From NCBI GenBank assembly GCA_951406725.2, contig OX597827.1:51584001-51648000 (forward strand): 64,000 nt of DNA, in the 5' to 3' direction. Below the pieces are notes generated by a model that worked only from the letters and a program-made list of their open reading frames with translations, did not search any database and was not told the origin of the DNA. Both the position numbers and the translations under genes were made by a program. Shown in pieces: positions 52,306 through 64,000 of this stretch. This DNA is from Octopus vulgaris. Taxonomy: Eukaryota. Numbering within the stretch: position 1 is the first letter of the stretch; each line of letters opens with the position of its first letter.

Positions 52306-55300
52306 AGCAACGCTCCGATTGAATAGACCAGCCTACTGATTTTCGTCGACGCTCAAAGTCTCTCCGAGAATGTTGTCGCTTTACCTTTTACTAACACTTT
52401 ATAGAACTCCATAGTAAAGCTTTCACTGATCGCACTGCGCAACTTGTAGAAAGCTGTGAGCGTCTGACGGCATTCCAGATACCAAGCTCTCTGTCTTGGT
52501 CTTTGTATGGCTTAGGACTGCAACTTTGTCAAAGAGACTAGCTGTGGAAATACCCACCTGACAAACGGAGACCATACCTACTCGTAGCAAAAGAATGGTT
52601 GGAGATGTTGCAGCCTCAGTCAGCGCATCATCAGCCATGGAATGCTCAGTGCTTCACTCAGCGGGGTTTGACAGCAAATGGAGTGCATCATCAGCGGGAT
52701 ACGACAACTCCAACCGAATGCTTAAGAGCAGTCAGACGTTAATTAAGGCAACGCAAGAGAGTCAGGCGGTAATATAGGACAAAGGCGATGTAAGCGTTCA
52801 TAATTTCTGTTCGCACTTTCAGGGCTAGCTTTATCTCGGTATATTTCTAGTTAAGAGTGGTGTAGCGTTGGTGGAATGTATACGTGCTCTCTGAGATATG
52901 CCGTACAAATAATGTCGTAGCAGATAACAGTTAACTTTTGGCCGTTATTTGGACCCTGTTGTGTCCCCTACTCAGATTGGTTGGCATTGGCACAGTTTGT
53001 CTCTTGACTTATTTCGCGCCAATGTGTAAACCAACCAATCAGAACCTTCTAATAAGATCATGTGAGACAGCTTGTTCACAATCCAATTTGAGCCTCCCAT
53101 TTGCTTTAAAAGGCGTAAGCAATTCACTATATCTCGTCTTTGGTTTCTGATCATTGACCATACAGCAGCTGCGACAGACCAGACCAGCTAGTTCCAGCGA
53201 CCCAGCTATGTTCCTGCTCCAGCCAGCGACGACACCAACATACACCATCCAGCAGGACGATTTCCACCACCGTCACCTTCATCTCAACGTCGTCGTTCTC
53301 TATTGCCGTCACTACCACCGTCGACTTCAGTGATACGTACACAGCAACATGAGCTCAGGTTTAACTTCTCACAGTTTGTGACTACTTCACCAAGGTTAAC
53401 AGCCCGAAATACCTGAGAAGATCTCCTGTACCAATGTAACCTGGAAATGGATTGAAGCCCTAACTTTTACACGCGTAGTAACCACTCTCCTCCTTGCCAC
53501 CGACTTCATTGACGCAGAACCACTGCTATTGTGTAACCTTACTACGAACTGGTAAATTTATCTTGTGTCCGGACATACTTTCTTTGCTCTGTATTGTTGT
53601 CTCACTCTTATAACACTTACACGAACACACAGACACAAACACATATGTCACACGCACCGTTGTTAGCACTTACAACGGACACACAGACACTCTGCTAGCA
53701 CTCACACACACTCTTATTGTACACATCTGTAAATAAAAGTCTTTCTTCTCTTAGACAGTGGAACGGTTGAGTTTTTCTTCTTTATTCCTTTTGGCATTCT
53801 TATTCATTTATACTATATATCTGGGCTTATTCTTTGTAGGGCGACCTTTCGGCGTTTAAAAGGAGACATTTCTGTCACCAACTCCTTTACGCACGGTCGT
53901 TCACTACAGTGCCCTACCTGCTCGTCACTTCATCTCAGTTCTCCACTAGGAGATATGGACCAAATCAGACCCTGAGCAGTTTAACGAGTCCGTCCGTCCA
54001 GGGCACTACGACACTGTTGGATGGCATCGACCCACCTCTTCAGGAGCCGATTTGCAGGCTTGCTGCTCCTGTTGCCACCTCGCAGTTCCTTTGAACAGTT
54101 CCGATTACCTCAAAATGCTTGGTATCCGACACTATGACGGTGACCTCGTTCGTGAATGCCGTCACGGTTCTTCTGCGTCCTAGTTCGTGCACGATAACCC
54201 CCTCAGTGTTTCTTGTTTCCGTAACAGTAACTCAGGAATCAGTACATACAGAAGAGACGAAAGGTGATAACGTTGACGGACCGATCGTATGATGCTGCAT
54301 GGCTCCGATAGGAGGTCATTCGCTGTAACCATCAATCTTACATCGTTGTACATTGCAGTGAGCCAACCACTGAAGACAGGGATTAAACCATCTGCTGTGA
54401 GCACATCCACCAAATTTTCATGGTCGACTCTACTGAAAGCTTTCCATTAATCTAAAATTATCAGGATCTCACTCATGCCACTTTCCTGGCTCGTACTCTC
54501 TACAATGTATTGCATGAGATGGAAGTAGTCTGGGACAGATCTGAATGGTATTGCCCACGTTTGAGCATCACCAGTCAGACCATCAACGACAGTACTAATC
54601 TCTTCATTGATCCCTTAGAAGTTCCCTTAGTCAAAATTTTGAATTCTGTACTTATCAGGATTATGAGCCAATATTCTAAATGTGATTTCCCTTGTTTGCG
54701 TCCTTTGAGAGCAGTGTTATTTCTCCTCGACCTACAAAACTGGAAATTCCTTCGTTCTGCAGTTAGTTGCAGAAGGTGTCTGCCAACAGGTCTCCAAATC
54801 AGCTGATTTTTCCGCCGTGCAACCAATCATCGCTTCCCATATTTCTGCAGCTGTTATGGGTTTTCGCAACATTCTACTTCTCTCGTCGAGGGCTGCGGCA
54901 GGTCGTCGGGGTAGACACTGAAGTCCGTTCTACAATACGGTCTGCAGCTCATCCTGAACAGTCGATCGAAGTGCCGCTGAAAATCCAAACAAAACTGCTC
55001 GGGTTTGAGCAACACACGCACATCATGGTCCATCAAAGACCAATTCATAACTTTGTTTCCAAAGTATGCCACTATCATTCGAGCCTGTCGAGCGGCATTT
55101 GTCCCTTCGTGTCTTTGAGAACGCGCCTTATGTCTGACAACGTATCCTTCGTGCTTTGCGTTGAATTGGTCACGGGCAAATGTCTTCCCTAAGCACCTAT
55201 TCTAAGTATCTAACTTGCTCAACTTCCAGTCTATTTCTCTCTACCGCTATTTCTTAATTGATTATGCTCTAATCGCTCTTTTCAGACTGAATCACATTGG

Positions 55301-56600
55301 GCGTCGACAATTTCCCCCATCATTAATCTGGTCATGTGTAAGCTTGGCGTTCAGTTGTCAGTAACTGAGTTCCTGGTAACGGGGCCTATCTAGGTTGACC
55401 GTACAGATAAAAAATCAGTTATGGTTTGTGTAACTGACAATTCTAAATTATGAAGAGTCTATGCTATCCCTATCTTATAGGCTATCTAGATATGTTGCGG
55501 ATGACCCGATGTTTGTTCATGTCGACATTAGCACATAGGAAAATCTTGCAGGAACCTGTCAGTTGGAAACGTCTGAGCAAATTTGTGAGGCTTTCGCATC
55601 CCCCTATCAATTGGTTACCCTCACACAATCCAAGCGTGCATCCAAGATACCATTCCAATCTCACTAACACTAAAGAATGAGACTTTCCCAGGAAGCACTC
55701 TAGATTTTTAGAGAAATCTGGTCACCCGGTCATATTGGGCTGTAAACATATATTAGTTTGTCCTTCACTGCTGGTCATGTTCAGTACCAACAACTTACTT
55801 TCTGGGTACAAGAAAATGGTTCATATCGTGAGATTCAGAATTTTCCAAAGTTACTCTGAATTCTATTCCCGGTTGACTGGAGGTAAGTAGGTCTCGTAAC
55901 CACCAAAAATGAGCACAAAGGCTCATGGATCGATGTCCACCACATCTATGTCTGTTGACCTGAGGTCGTTTAGCAGGTGGCTCTACTTCTAAGACGATCA
56001 CAGGTCACCTGAATTTACACTTCCTATCTAGAGTAAGGACATGTTCGACGGAAGGAGAAAAGATCATTAATTCTCGGTGACTTGGGGAAGACATGTATTC
56101 CATTCCTTTGATATTTCCTAAAGCAGTCTTTTATTGATATCCATTCTGAAGTCTCCTACTCTGATAGGATATTTGTTTTTTTTTTTTATGGTGTTGCATA
56201 TGGTTTTTATTGCTTTTATGACTTTTGTGTGATGGTGTGCTATCAGTTAGTTTGATGAAATCGTTCTGCATATTTGTGAGCTTACATATGCAATCCATTA
56301 ACTCTTTGTTGTTTGTATTTATGGTAATGAACTATATGTTTCTTTGCTGTTGTTGTTCTTGGTTCAGGTGCACTATGGGCTTTTCTGCTGTTTGCGATGA
56401 TGGTTGTGCCTGTGGTGGTGACGACTGTCGTGGTGAGGATGGCGATGATGATGATGGTGTTTGTAGTATTGGTGTATCATTGTTGGGGGTGTTTCTTCTG
56501 TCTGTTTGAAGACACCATAATTTTTGTTGGCATGTTTTTACCCCTTTTCCTTTTTCTTGTTTGTTACTTTTTGCCACCTATTATTATTTGCCACAAAATA
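52306..56600 (-). mobile_element. L1/Tx1-clade LINE relic, copy 2 (older; EN/RT and possible ORF1), interrupted by a solo LTR
   Basis: Aligns with copy 1 (SVRQRYHLSSLLYVL; AYIAFVLYYRLT; ICCQTPL..IPWLMMR); the 5' extent beyond ~55.7 kb is tentative. Confidence 0.75.
52861..53908 (+). mobile_element. Solo LTR (Gypsy-like)
   Basis: TGTAG...CTACA termini, imperfect 4-bp TSD GTGG/GTGC and AATAAA near 53732; LINE homology resumes on both sides. Confidence 0.7.
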
Positions 56601-56855
56601 TTGACACTACTTATACATAAGTAGCATATAATATTTCATGAAAAACCTTTTTGTCCAATTTGGCAGAAGAAATGAGAAGAACATTAAAATTTTTGTCAGT
56701 GCCCTGTTGATGCTTCATGTTACCATCCTGTGCACCAACGGGCCATGTGTGTGTGCGGCTGGGTAAAGGCACAACAAACCCATTCATCCATTCTCCAGAA
56801 GTGCCCTGGTGATGTTTCATGTTTCCAATCCTGTGTTTAGTTGGATGAGTGAATA

Positions 56856-57334
56856 CAGGATGTCCCAGAATTAATAAGTTGAGTGAAATCAGATGCATTT
56901 TTTTTAAAACTCACTTTCATTTATGTTTATAATGTTCAATATGTGTTAAAAGTGTATAAATTTTGAATTTTGTTTATAATTTTATTTTCATTCCTGTTGG
57001 ACCCCTCTTATTTGTCCATGACAGCTTTTCTTTTCAATTTGGCAGCAATTGTTTTCTTTACCTCCATCCCCATGATGAAGCAATCATTTAGCTGAGCTTA
57101 AAGAACACATTCAGTTAACAGTGCAGGAGCTAACTCCTGAAATGCTTCAAAATGTGTTTCACAACACAAAGGAAAGATTTGAAGTATGCAGGGATACAGA
57201 CATGTTAAAAATTTTCAATAAAAGTTTGACGTAAGTTTTATAAATATATTTGTTTTGGTAATAAACATAAAGTTCTCTCAGTTTTTAAAAAAATTGCACA
57301 ATTTCATTGAAACAGATAATTCTGGAACACCCTG
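56856..57334. mobile_element. Tc1/mariner-type internally deleted element
   Basis: TA-CAGGATGTCCCAGAATTA ... TAATTCTGGAACACCCTG-TA. Confidence 0.75.
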
Positions 57335-57471
57335 TAAGGTGTAGTGTTGTTAGTTGTTGCGTTACTTGAGTAAATATTAAAATCAAAGGTCTTCTCGCCA
57401 TAAACATCCCATCTTTTTGTTAGGCATACTGTATCAAGGTGTATATTATCCAAAATGTATCTCTCCTTTAT

Positions 57472-57595
57472 AGGCGTGGCTGTGTGGTTGAGAAGCTTAC
57501 TTTTCAACCATGTTACCTTGGGTTCAGTCCCATAGTGTGGCACGTTGGGCAATTCTCTTTCATTACAGCTCTGTGCTGACCAAAGCCTTGTGTAT
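57472..57595 (+). mobile_element. SINE family B 5' part
   Basis: GGCGTGGCTGTGTGGTTG...GGGTTCAGTCCC. Confidence 0.75.
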
Positions 57596-58254
57596 TGATA
57601 TATAAAATAACACATACAACTCACTTATTATCGTCATATAATAAACAAACAGAAGTTCATGTATGAAATTGATCTTTTTTCTACTTCAATTATTACATGT
57701 TTTTTTCTTATAAAATACACACATACAGGAGGAGTAAATGTATATATATAATAACACTTTGAATGTGACTCCTGAGAAAGAGTAAAAGTAATTAACTGAT
57801 CAACAACAGTTACTACTGCTAGCTGTCTATAAAAATTTTTCTTCTTTTTGAGAAATTACAATGCTGTAATAATTTTGCAGGTAGTATGCATTCTCCATTA
57901 TATCTCATTATGTACATACAATGGAGTATATTGGGTTTGAGACTCAAATGCTGGACAGGAAATTGAGAGAATGTAAAAATTCCCAATAAGTACTAGGCTT
58001 AAAAATTTTTTTTTAAATGTATTGTGATTAATTCAGAGAGAAAGTTACAGAAAGCAATGCCACAACTTGCTGGCTTGATAGAGAGTAGTCTGAGAAAATT
58101 TATTAACCACATACTCATCTTACAACAACCATTGTATCATATTCCAGAGTAAGGCACATTAACCTGCTTACTCTGATTTTGCTGACTAGCAGAAAACAGG
58201 GTGCCTCATCTCTACATCATTGCTGAATGATCAGTAGAAGTATCTAACTGTAAA

Positions 58255-58546
58255 ATTTCGAGCGTAGCAGTTACTAGCATCGCCTGACTGGGCTCCGTGT
58301 CGGTGACACATAAAAGCACCAACCGATCGTGGCCGTTTGCCAGCCTGCGTTGGCTCCTGTGCTGGTGGCATGTAAAAAACACCCACTACACTCACGGAGT
58401 GGTTGGCGTTAGGAAGGGCATCCAGCTGTAGAAACACTGCCAAATAAGACTGGAGCCTGGTGCAGCTTCCATGACTTACCAGACCCTGGTCGAACCGTCC
58501 AACCCATGCTAGCATGGAAAACGGACGTTAAATGATGATGATGATG
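58255..58546 (+). mobile_element. Retroposon family C with (GAT)n tail
   Basis: GGTTGGCGTTAGGAAGGGCATCCAGCTGTAGAAA...GGACGTTAAATGATGATG. Confidence 0.85.
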
Positions 58547-60472
58547 AAAAACAACACACACACACCCACAAATATATACCTAACCCTGCTTGGAGCAATG
58601 AATATAAAATGCATGCATATGCATACATACAAAACTATATGTGTATACATGTGCATATGTAAATACATATATAAATATATTAACAAAGCAATAAAAAAAT
58701 ATCATTTACTATTCAAACAATATAATAATACAAAATAGGACTAAATTTATCATTGTTTATTGCTTGATTTATTTAAAATTTCTCTAACTAGTTTACACAC
58801 TCTGCCTAATATACACAAAAATGTTGTCTGAAACACTAAGAAATTAGGTTTAAGATGTTAATAACACACCTCCAATATTATCCACCAACCAGTTTATATT
58901 ATCATACATCAATTGAGACATTTTTTTTATTTCCATGCACTAGTGAAACAGAGTCAATTGCTTCATATTTTGTAATCAGAGAGATCCATTAGAGAATAGC
59001 TGACTTCAGAGAATTGGAAAATGAATGTTGGGATGTTAATGCCTTTCCCAAGATGCATAAACAGATATTGAATAAGTAGCCTTAGCTAGGAATGTAACCC
59101 ATGCAATAGACTTCAAAGCTTATTATTTATGCAATGGTACTTGTGCAAAAGACATATTTGAGATTCACAGCTGGTCTGGGGCAAATGGGCACCAACTAAT
59201 GATTGAAGATTTTGGCAGTCCTTATTCCATTTTTGTGCTATCATTTCTCACATTGTGTATATGTATATATGTATGTATATATATGTATATATCTATCTAC
59301 ACATACACACGAAGTACATTTGAACATACACACATGAAGCACATTCACATATAAAGACACACACAGATAATCCACTCACTCTCTCTCTTAAGTGCATGCA
59401 TAAAAATTCATCCACATACACAACTAAAATATAAAAGTGACATTTAATTAATTAAAAAATCAAAACAATTAGCATGGATGCTAATTAATTTTGATGATAA
59501 TTTTCCTTTTGTCTTCATTTTCTCAAGTCTTTAGCATTAACACAAAAATTAAAGCCTAGAAACACAGGTAAAAAAGAAGTTAAATAATAGTAATTTCTTT
59601 TATTGGCATGGGTTCACAAATTTTGAGGGAAAGAGTGCAGAGTCACTCCCAGCAGTATCTGAATCCAGAACATAAAGGGATGTAACTAAATACTATTCAT
59701 TAATTAAATTAATAATTTCTAACATAGGAATCAGAGCACAAATTTTGGAGGAGGATACTGTCAACTAACTCAACCGTAGAATTCAACTGGAATTTTTTCT
59801 ATCAACCCCAATAGAATGTAGGGCCAAGTAAACTTTGATTTGGCTTAGGCAGGATTTGAACCAAGAACATAAACAGACATAACTAAAAATACCATAAGGC
59901 ATTTTTTTAAACTGATTCTCTACCAATTTTAAGATCGACAACCATAGTAACAATAATACAAACAATAAACTGCAAATATTTATAACATAATGGAAAATTG
60001 ACATTCAGGCATAAAAAGAAAAAAAGATATAACTACAATGAATATATAAAAATTATATATAAAAAAAAAAGAAACAAGCATTTTTGAATTTCTAAGGAAT
60101 GTTGTTTTTACAGTTAAAACACAAGCAAAGGAAAAGGAAATTCACCAGATTTAGATTATAATTTGCCCTCAGTTGCTAGTATATGAACATGTATGTATAT
60201 ATGTATGAGTACACAATTATGTGTGTATACTGACATGCTAATGAGATAATATATTTCTATGTATATAGGAACATACATGTGTTAGCAGATATTTTTATGT
60301 ATATATGAACACTATATACATACATGTCTGTATATATATATATATATATATATACATTTGATAGCATACATTTATATGTGCATATATGCATAAGTTTTGA
60401 GCAATAACAATGTATCTTGCTCATCGCACTTCAGGTGCGAAACTGATGTCCGGCAGAGAAAATATTTGAACT

Positions 60473-62347
60473 TCATGAATAAATTGCTTGCCACAGGTGG
60501 TTCGTCACAGAAACTGGTGGGTAATCTTTGATGTTTTTACAGGCAGGAGGTGTGGTTCCAGGTCGAGCAAAACTATTGTTACTCTCAACTACAAATGGCC
60601 CAGGAGGTGGAGGGAGAACAGCCACTGGCGATGTTAGACCAGAGCTGCCAGCTGGTAGAACTGTAGATGCAGCAACTGCCGAATGAGAATGCTGGTGTTG
60701 ATGGTGGCTGTGTTGCCTAGCATGTGTGCGCCTATGTCGCTGCAGTTTGTCAGTGCGAGCGAACAGCTTCCCGCAAAACTCACAGCTGAATGGTTTCTCT
60801 CCCGAGTGGGTCCTTCGATGACATTGCAACGTATCGCGTCGAGCAAATCTTTGGATGCACAGATCACACTGATAGGGTTTGTCGCCAGTGTGAGTTCGCT
60901 TGTGACATTGCAGGGTATCCCGGCGGGCAAACCGGCGGCCACAGACATCACACTCATATGGCCTCTCACCAGAGTGTGTTCGCTTGTGACAAACAAGTTT
61001 ATCCCGCTGGGCAAACTGCCTCTGACAAAGATTGCATTGGAATGGTTTTATGCCTGAATGAGTACGCTTGTGGCAAGTTAACTGATCCGATCTAGCAAAT
61101 TTTTTCGGGCAGAGGTCACAGGCAAAAGGTTTCAGTCCGGTGTGAGTTCGTTTGTGACACAACAGTGTATCTCGTCTAGCAAACTGACCACTGCAAAGAT
61201 CACAGTGATACGGTTTTTCACCCGAATGAGTCCGTTTGTGACATTGAAGTTTGTCCCGCCGGGCAAATTTTTTAGGGCAGACTTCACATTGAAATGGCTT
61301 TTCACCAGTGTGGGTTCGTTTGTGACATTGCAGGGTGTCTCGACGAGCAAACTGCCCATTACAGATATCGCAACGGAAAGGCTTCTCACCTGTATGAGTC
61401 CGTTTATGACACTGCAATGCATCTCGACGGGCAAATTGATGTGGGCAAACATCACAGTGATATGGTTTCTCTTGATGAACATGTTGGTTGGATAGTTGCT
61501 GTTGTTGTTGTTGCTGCTGTTGTTGATGCTGCTGCTGCTGCTGTTGTTGTTGCTGTTGCTGTGATTGTTGATGTGGTGTGGTTACTGTTGAAATAGGTGA
61601 CGGTGGTGGTGGAGGCTGTAATGATTGTTGTGGATGACTTTGGTGATGAGGATGATGAACAATGGGTGGTGATGACATGGGCTGGGAGGAGCAAGTTGAT
61701 GAAGGGGGACATATATCGCAATGCTGGTGGTGGGATGTTGAATTTGAAGGTGAAGGTGTTGATGGAGAGGACGGCAGAAGAGGTGGCATATGCGGAGGTG
61801 GACAGATATCGCAGTGAAAGTTGGGAGCCTTGTCAAGATGCTGGTACTGGTTTATGTGTGCCTGATGAGGTGACATTGATGGGCAGGCGTCACAATGGAA
61901 AGGCTTGCTGAGATTGCGAGAAGTGTGATGGGGGGAGGGCGAGGATGAAGCAGTACCTTTTGGTTGATTTATCAGTGGTGAAGATGAGGATGAAGAGGAA
62001 GAGGAACTTGGAGATGGTAGAGGTAAAGGGGGGATTGGTGGCGCCATTGTTGGCATCGGGGGAGGTATTGATGATTGTGGCAAGGCTTTTCCCAATGAGA
62101 GAGGCTTGCCATAAATGTCCCAGTAAGGTTTACTGACAGCAGTAGCACTATGTAACCGATTGTGCATATGCATGGAACTGCAGTTTGGTGGATAGGATTT
62201 TGGGTTACACATGTTTCCATGGTATACTTTTTCTGAGTGCATGTGGGGCATTTTATGTATGGGTGGGGCAGGTCCAGCATTGCTGCAGGGAAGGAACTGC
62301 TTTTGACGCATGCTTTTCCCTCCACTATGTCCAAGATGACTTTCCAT
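60473..62347 (-). CDS. C2H2 zinc-finger protein, 9 fingers, with P/S/H/Q-rich N-terminus including polyQ
   Basis: Open 624-aa ORF; nine CxxC...HKRTH/HRRTH fingers with TGEKP-type linkers; probable acceptor tttgattttag at 62421-62422. Confidence 0.95.
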   Translation of the reverse strand: MESHLGHSGGKSMRQKQFLPCSNAGPAPPIHKMPHMHSEKVYHGNMCNPKSYPPNCSSMHMHNRLHSATAVSKPYWDIYGKPLSLGKALPQSSIPPPMPTMAPPIPPLPLPSPSSSSSSSSSSPLINQPKGTASSSPSPHHTSRNLSKPFHCDACPSMSPHQAHINQYQHLDKAPNFHCDICPPPHMPPLLPSSPSTPSPSNSTSHHQHCDICPPSSTCSSQPMSSPPIVHHPHHQSHPQQSLQPPPPPSPISTVTTPHQQSQQQQQQQQQQQHQQQQQQQQQQLSNQHVHQEKPYHCDVCPHQFARRDALQCHKRTHTGEKPFRCDICNGQFARRDTLQCHKRTHTGEKPFQCEVCPKKFARRDKLQCHKRTHSGEKPYHCDLCSGQFARRDTLLCHKRTHTGLKPFACDLCPKKFARSDQLTCHKRTHSGIKPFQCNLCQRQFAQRDKLVCHKRTHSGERPYECDVCGRRFARRDTLQCHKRTHTGDKPYQCDLCIQRFARRDTLQCHRRTHSGEKPFSCEFCGKLFARTDKLQRHRRTHARQHSHHQHQHSHSAVAASTVLPAGSSGLTSPVAVLPPPPGPFVVESNNSFARPGTTPPACKNIKDYPPVSVTNHLWQAIYS

Positions 62348-63717
62348 GACAATTTTTACAAAGATTGTAATATTTAGTTAGAAATAAAAGTTCAGTTTCA
62401 TAACATTTATAATAAAGTTTCTAAAATCAAATTGGAAAAAATTCCAAAACAAGAAAATTTCTTCCAGTTTTTCTCTGAATATATATATGTCAGTCTATTT
62501 GTCTGTTGGTCTATCTCACTCTTACATTAATATAACCATTAATCTCTCCCATTCTGTCAATCAATCAAACCTTTTAATGTATGCGTGTGTATGTATCTGA
62601 GGTTTTATCACTATCTTTTAAAAATATGTATATGTGTGTATATTTGTTTGAATTTAGAAAAAGTACTCGATACAAAAGTAGAACACAAATATTTATTGTA
62701 GAGCCGATTACTTTCTGTTACTAAATGTGAAACTGTGCATAGTAACAGAGATTAATCTCAGGCCAACAATAAATATATGTGTATGTGTGTTTGAGTGCAC
62801 ATGTGAGTGTTTAAACTTTGAGATAAATCAAATAAAACCAGATAAATTAATTAGTTCCATTTTTCCCAATTTAAAAAGAAATGTTTCTTTTCCAAATTTT
62901 TTTTTTTAACTTTTCAAAACAAATGAATTTTTCTGAATATCAAATAAGAATATTCCCTATAATGATTGCTTTTGCTTCCTTCAGTTTTGCTTCTTTGTAA
63001 GAATATAAATTTTTTTTTTGTTGCTTAGCATGATTTTTTTCTTGTTCAGAAGGATATTTATTTTTTCCAACTGAAAAATCAAAGATCAAAAAGAAGAAAA
63101 AACTTAATACTTTTTAAATTTACAAAACAATTTGTAAATAACTCAACTATTTCTTTCTTTCGGTGTAATTTAAATTTTCAAGAAAGCCAATTCGAACCAG
63201 AATACGTCAATCAAAATATATCAATCTTCTTCAATACAGCAGAGTTTTCAGAAATCGGATGGTTTTTTTGTTGTTTTGTTTTTGCTTTGTTTTATATAAT
63301 TTTTTTCTCAGTCCCTTCAAACATAGTAAATCGTTTCACACTCTTGAAAAGCATCCTCCGTAGAATAAGGGGTTCGATAATGATAGTTTTTCTGCAAAAT
63401 GTAATATCTGAAAATATGAAATAGAACTTAATTAAGATTTGATTTATATATTTGTAGTGAAGATAACAAGTATATATATCTCTTCTTCTACACACATTTT
63501 CCAACACTGTTAACATTATGTTACCAATTCAGCCAACCACTTATCCCATGTCCAGATTTATTCTTTCACCTTTAATCTCTTTCTGCAATCTTTATGTAAT
63601 CAAAATACAGAATAAAGCAGTCTCAAATCTCTCTTGTCAAACTTTAATTTTTTTTATTTTGAAACCTTGTTTCAAATCCTAATATTTAATGTATTTTGGG
63701 CATTGAACTGACAGAAT

Positions 63718-63915
63718 TATTATCATGCTGGGCAAAACACTCAGTGGCACTTCATCTGTCTTTACGTTCTGAGTTCAGATTCTGCTGAGGTTGACTTTGC
63801 CTTTCATCTATTCAGGGTTGATAAAAATAAGTACCAGTTGATTACTGGGGTCGATGTAATTGATTTACCCCCTTCCCCGAAATTGCTGGCTTTGTGCCAA
63901 AATTAGAAACCAATA
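63718..63915 (+). mobile_element. SINE family A, diverged subfamily
   Basis: GAGTTCAGATTC B-box and GCCTTTCATC..GGGTTGATAAAATAAGTACCAG core. Confidence 0.8.
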
Positions 63916-64000
63916 TCTAATGCCCTTCCTATTTTTAAAATGGTTGGGTATGGTGAGGGAGATTTGATTGTTATTGCCTGCAGACTGAGTAACCACATAA

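Noticed and set aside
48900-55700. GC-richer island as horizontal transfer or contamination
   Set aside because: Explained by eukaryotic LINE, Helitron and LTR relics.
56699-56836. Two ~35-bp direct repeats resembling a CRISPR-like unit
   Set aside because: Only two degenerate copies, eukaryotic context and no cas genes.
60634-62352. Overlapping and antisense ORFs across the ZNF genes (also 17838-18728 and 29592-30332)
   Set aside because: Shadow frames of repetitive coding sequence.

Overview
AT-rich, microsatellite- and SINE-dense animal genomic DNA; the repeat families and a C2H2 zinc-finger cluster are most consistent with an octopus (coleoid cephalopod), which is an inference. There are three single-coding-exon C2H2 zinc-finger genes (17.7-19.4 kb +, 29.6-30.3 kb -, 60.5-62.3 kb -) with no recognisable KRAB/SCAN/BTB/ZAD domain. 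Their recognition helices are strikingly uniform (QRTNL in two genes, RRD-x-L-x-C in the third) despite varied synonymous codons, which suggests selection to read low-complexity periodic sequence. The rest is a transposon graveyard: at least four SINE-like families; RTE, CR1 and L1/Tx1 LINE relics; Tc1/mariner relics; piggyBac- and Merlin-like MITEs; a Helitron fragment; and a solo LTR nested in a LINE. Many fold-back repeats are present, several carrying minimal type I hammerhead-ribozyme motifs of the kind found in Penelope-like elements. A candidate minus-strand spliced transcript with micro-exons lies at about 1-5 kb. All alignments and counts were done by eye, and repeat boundaries are approximate.
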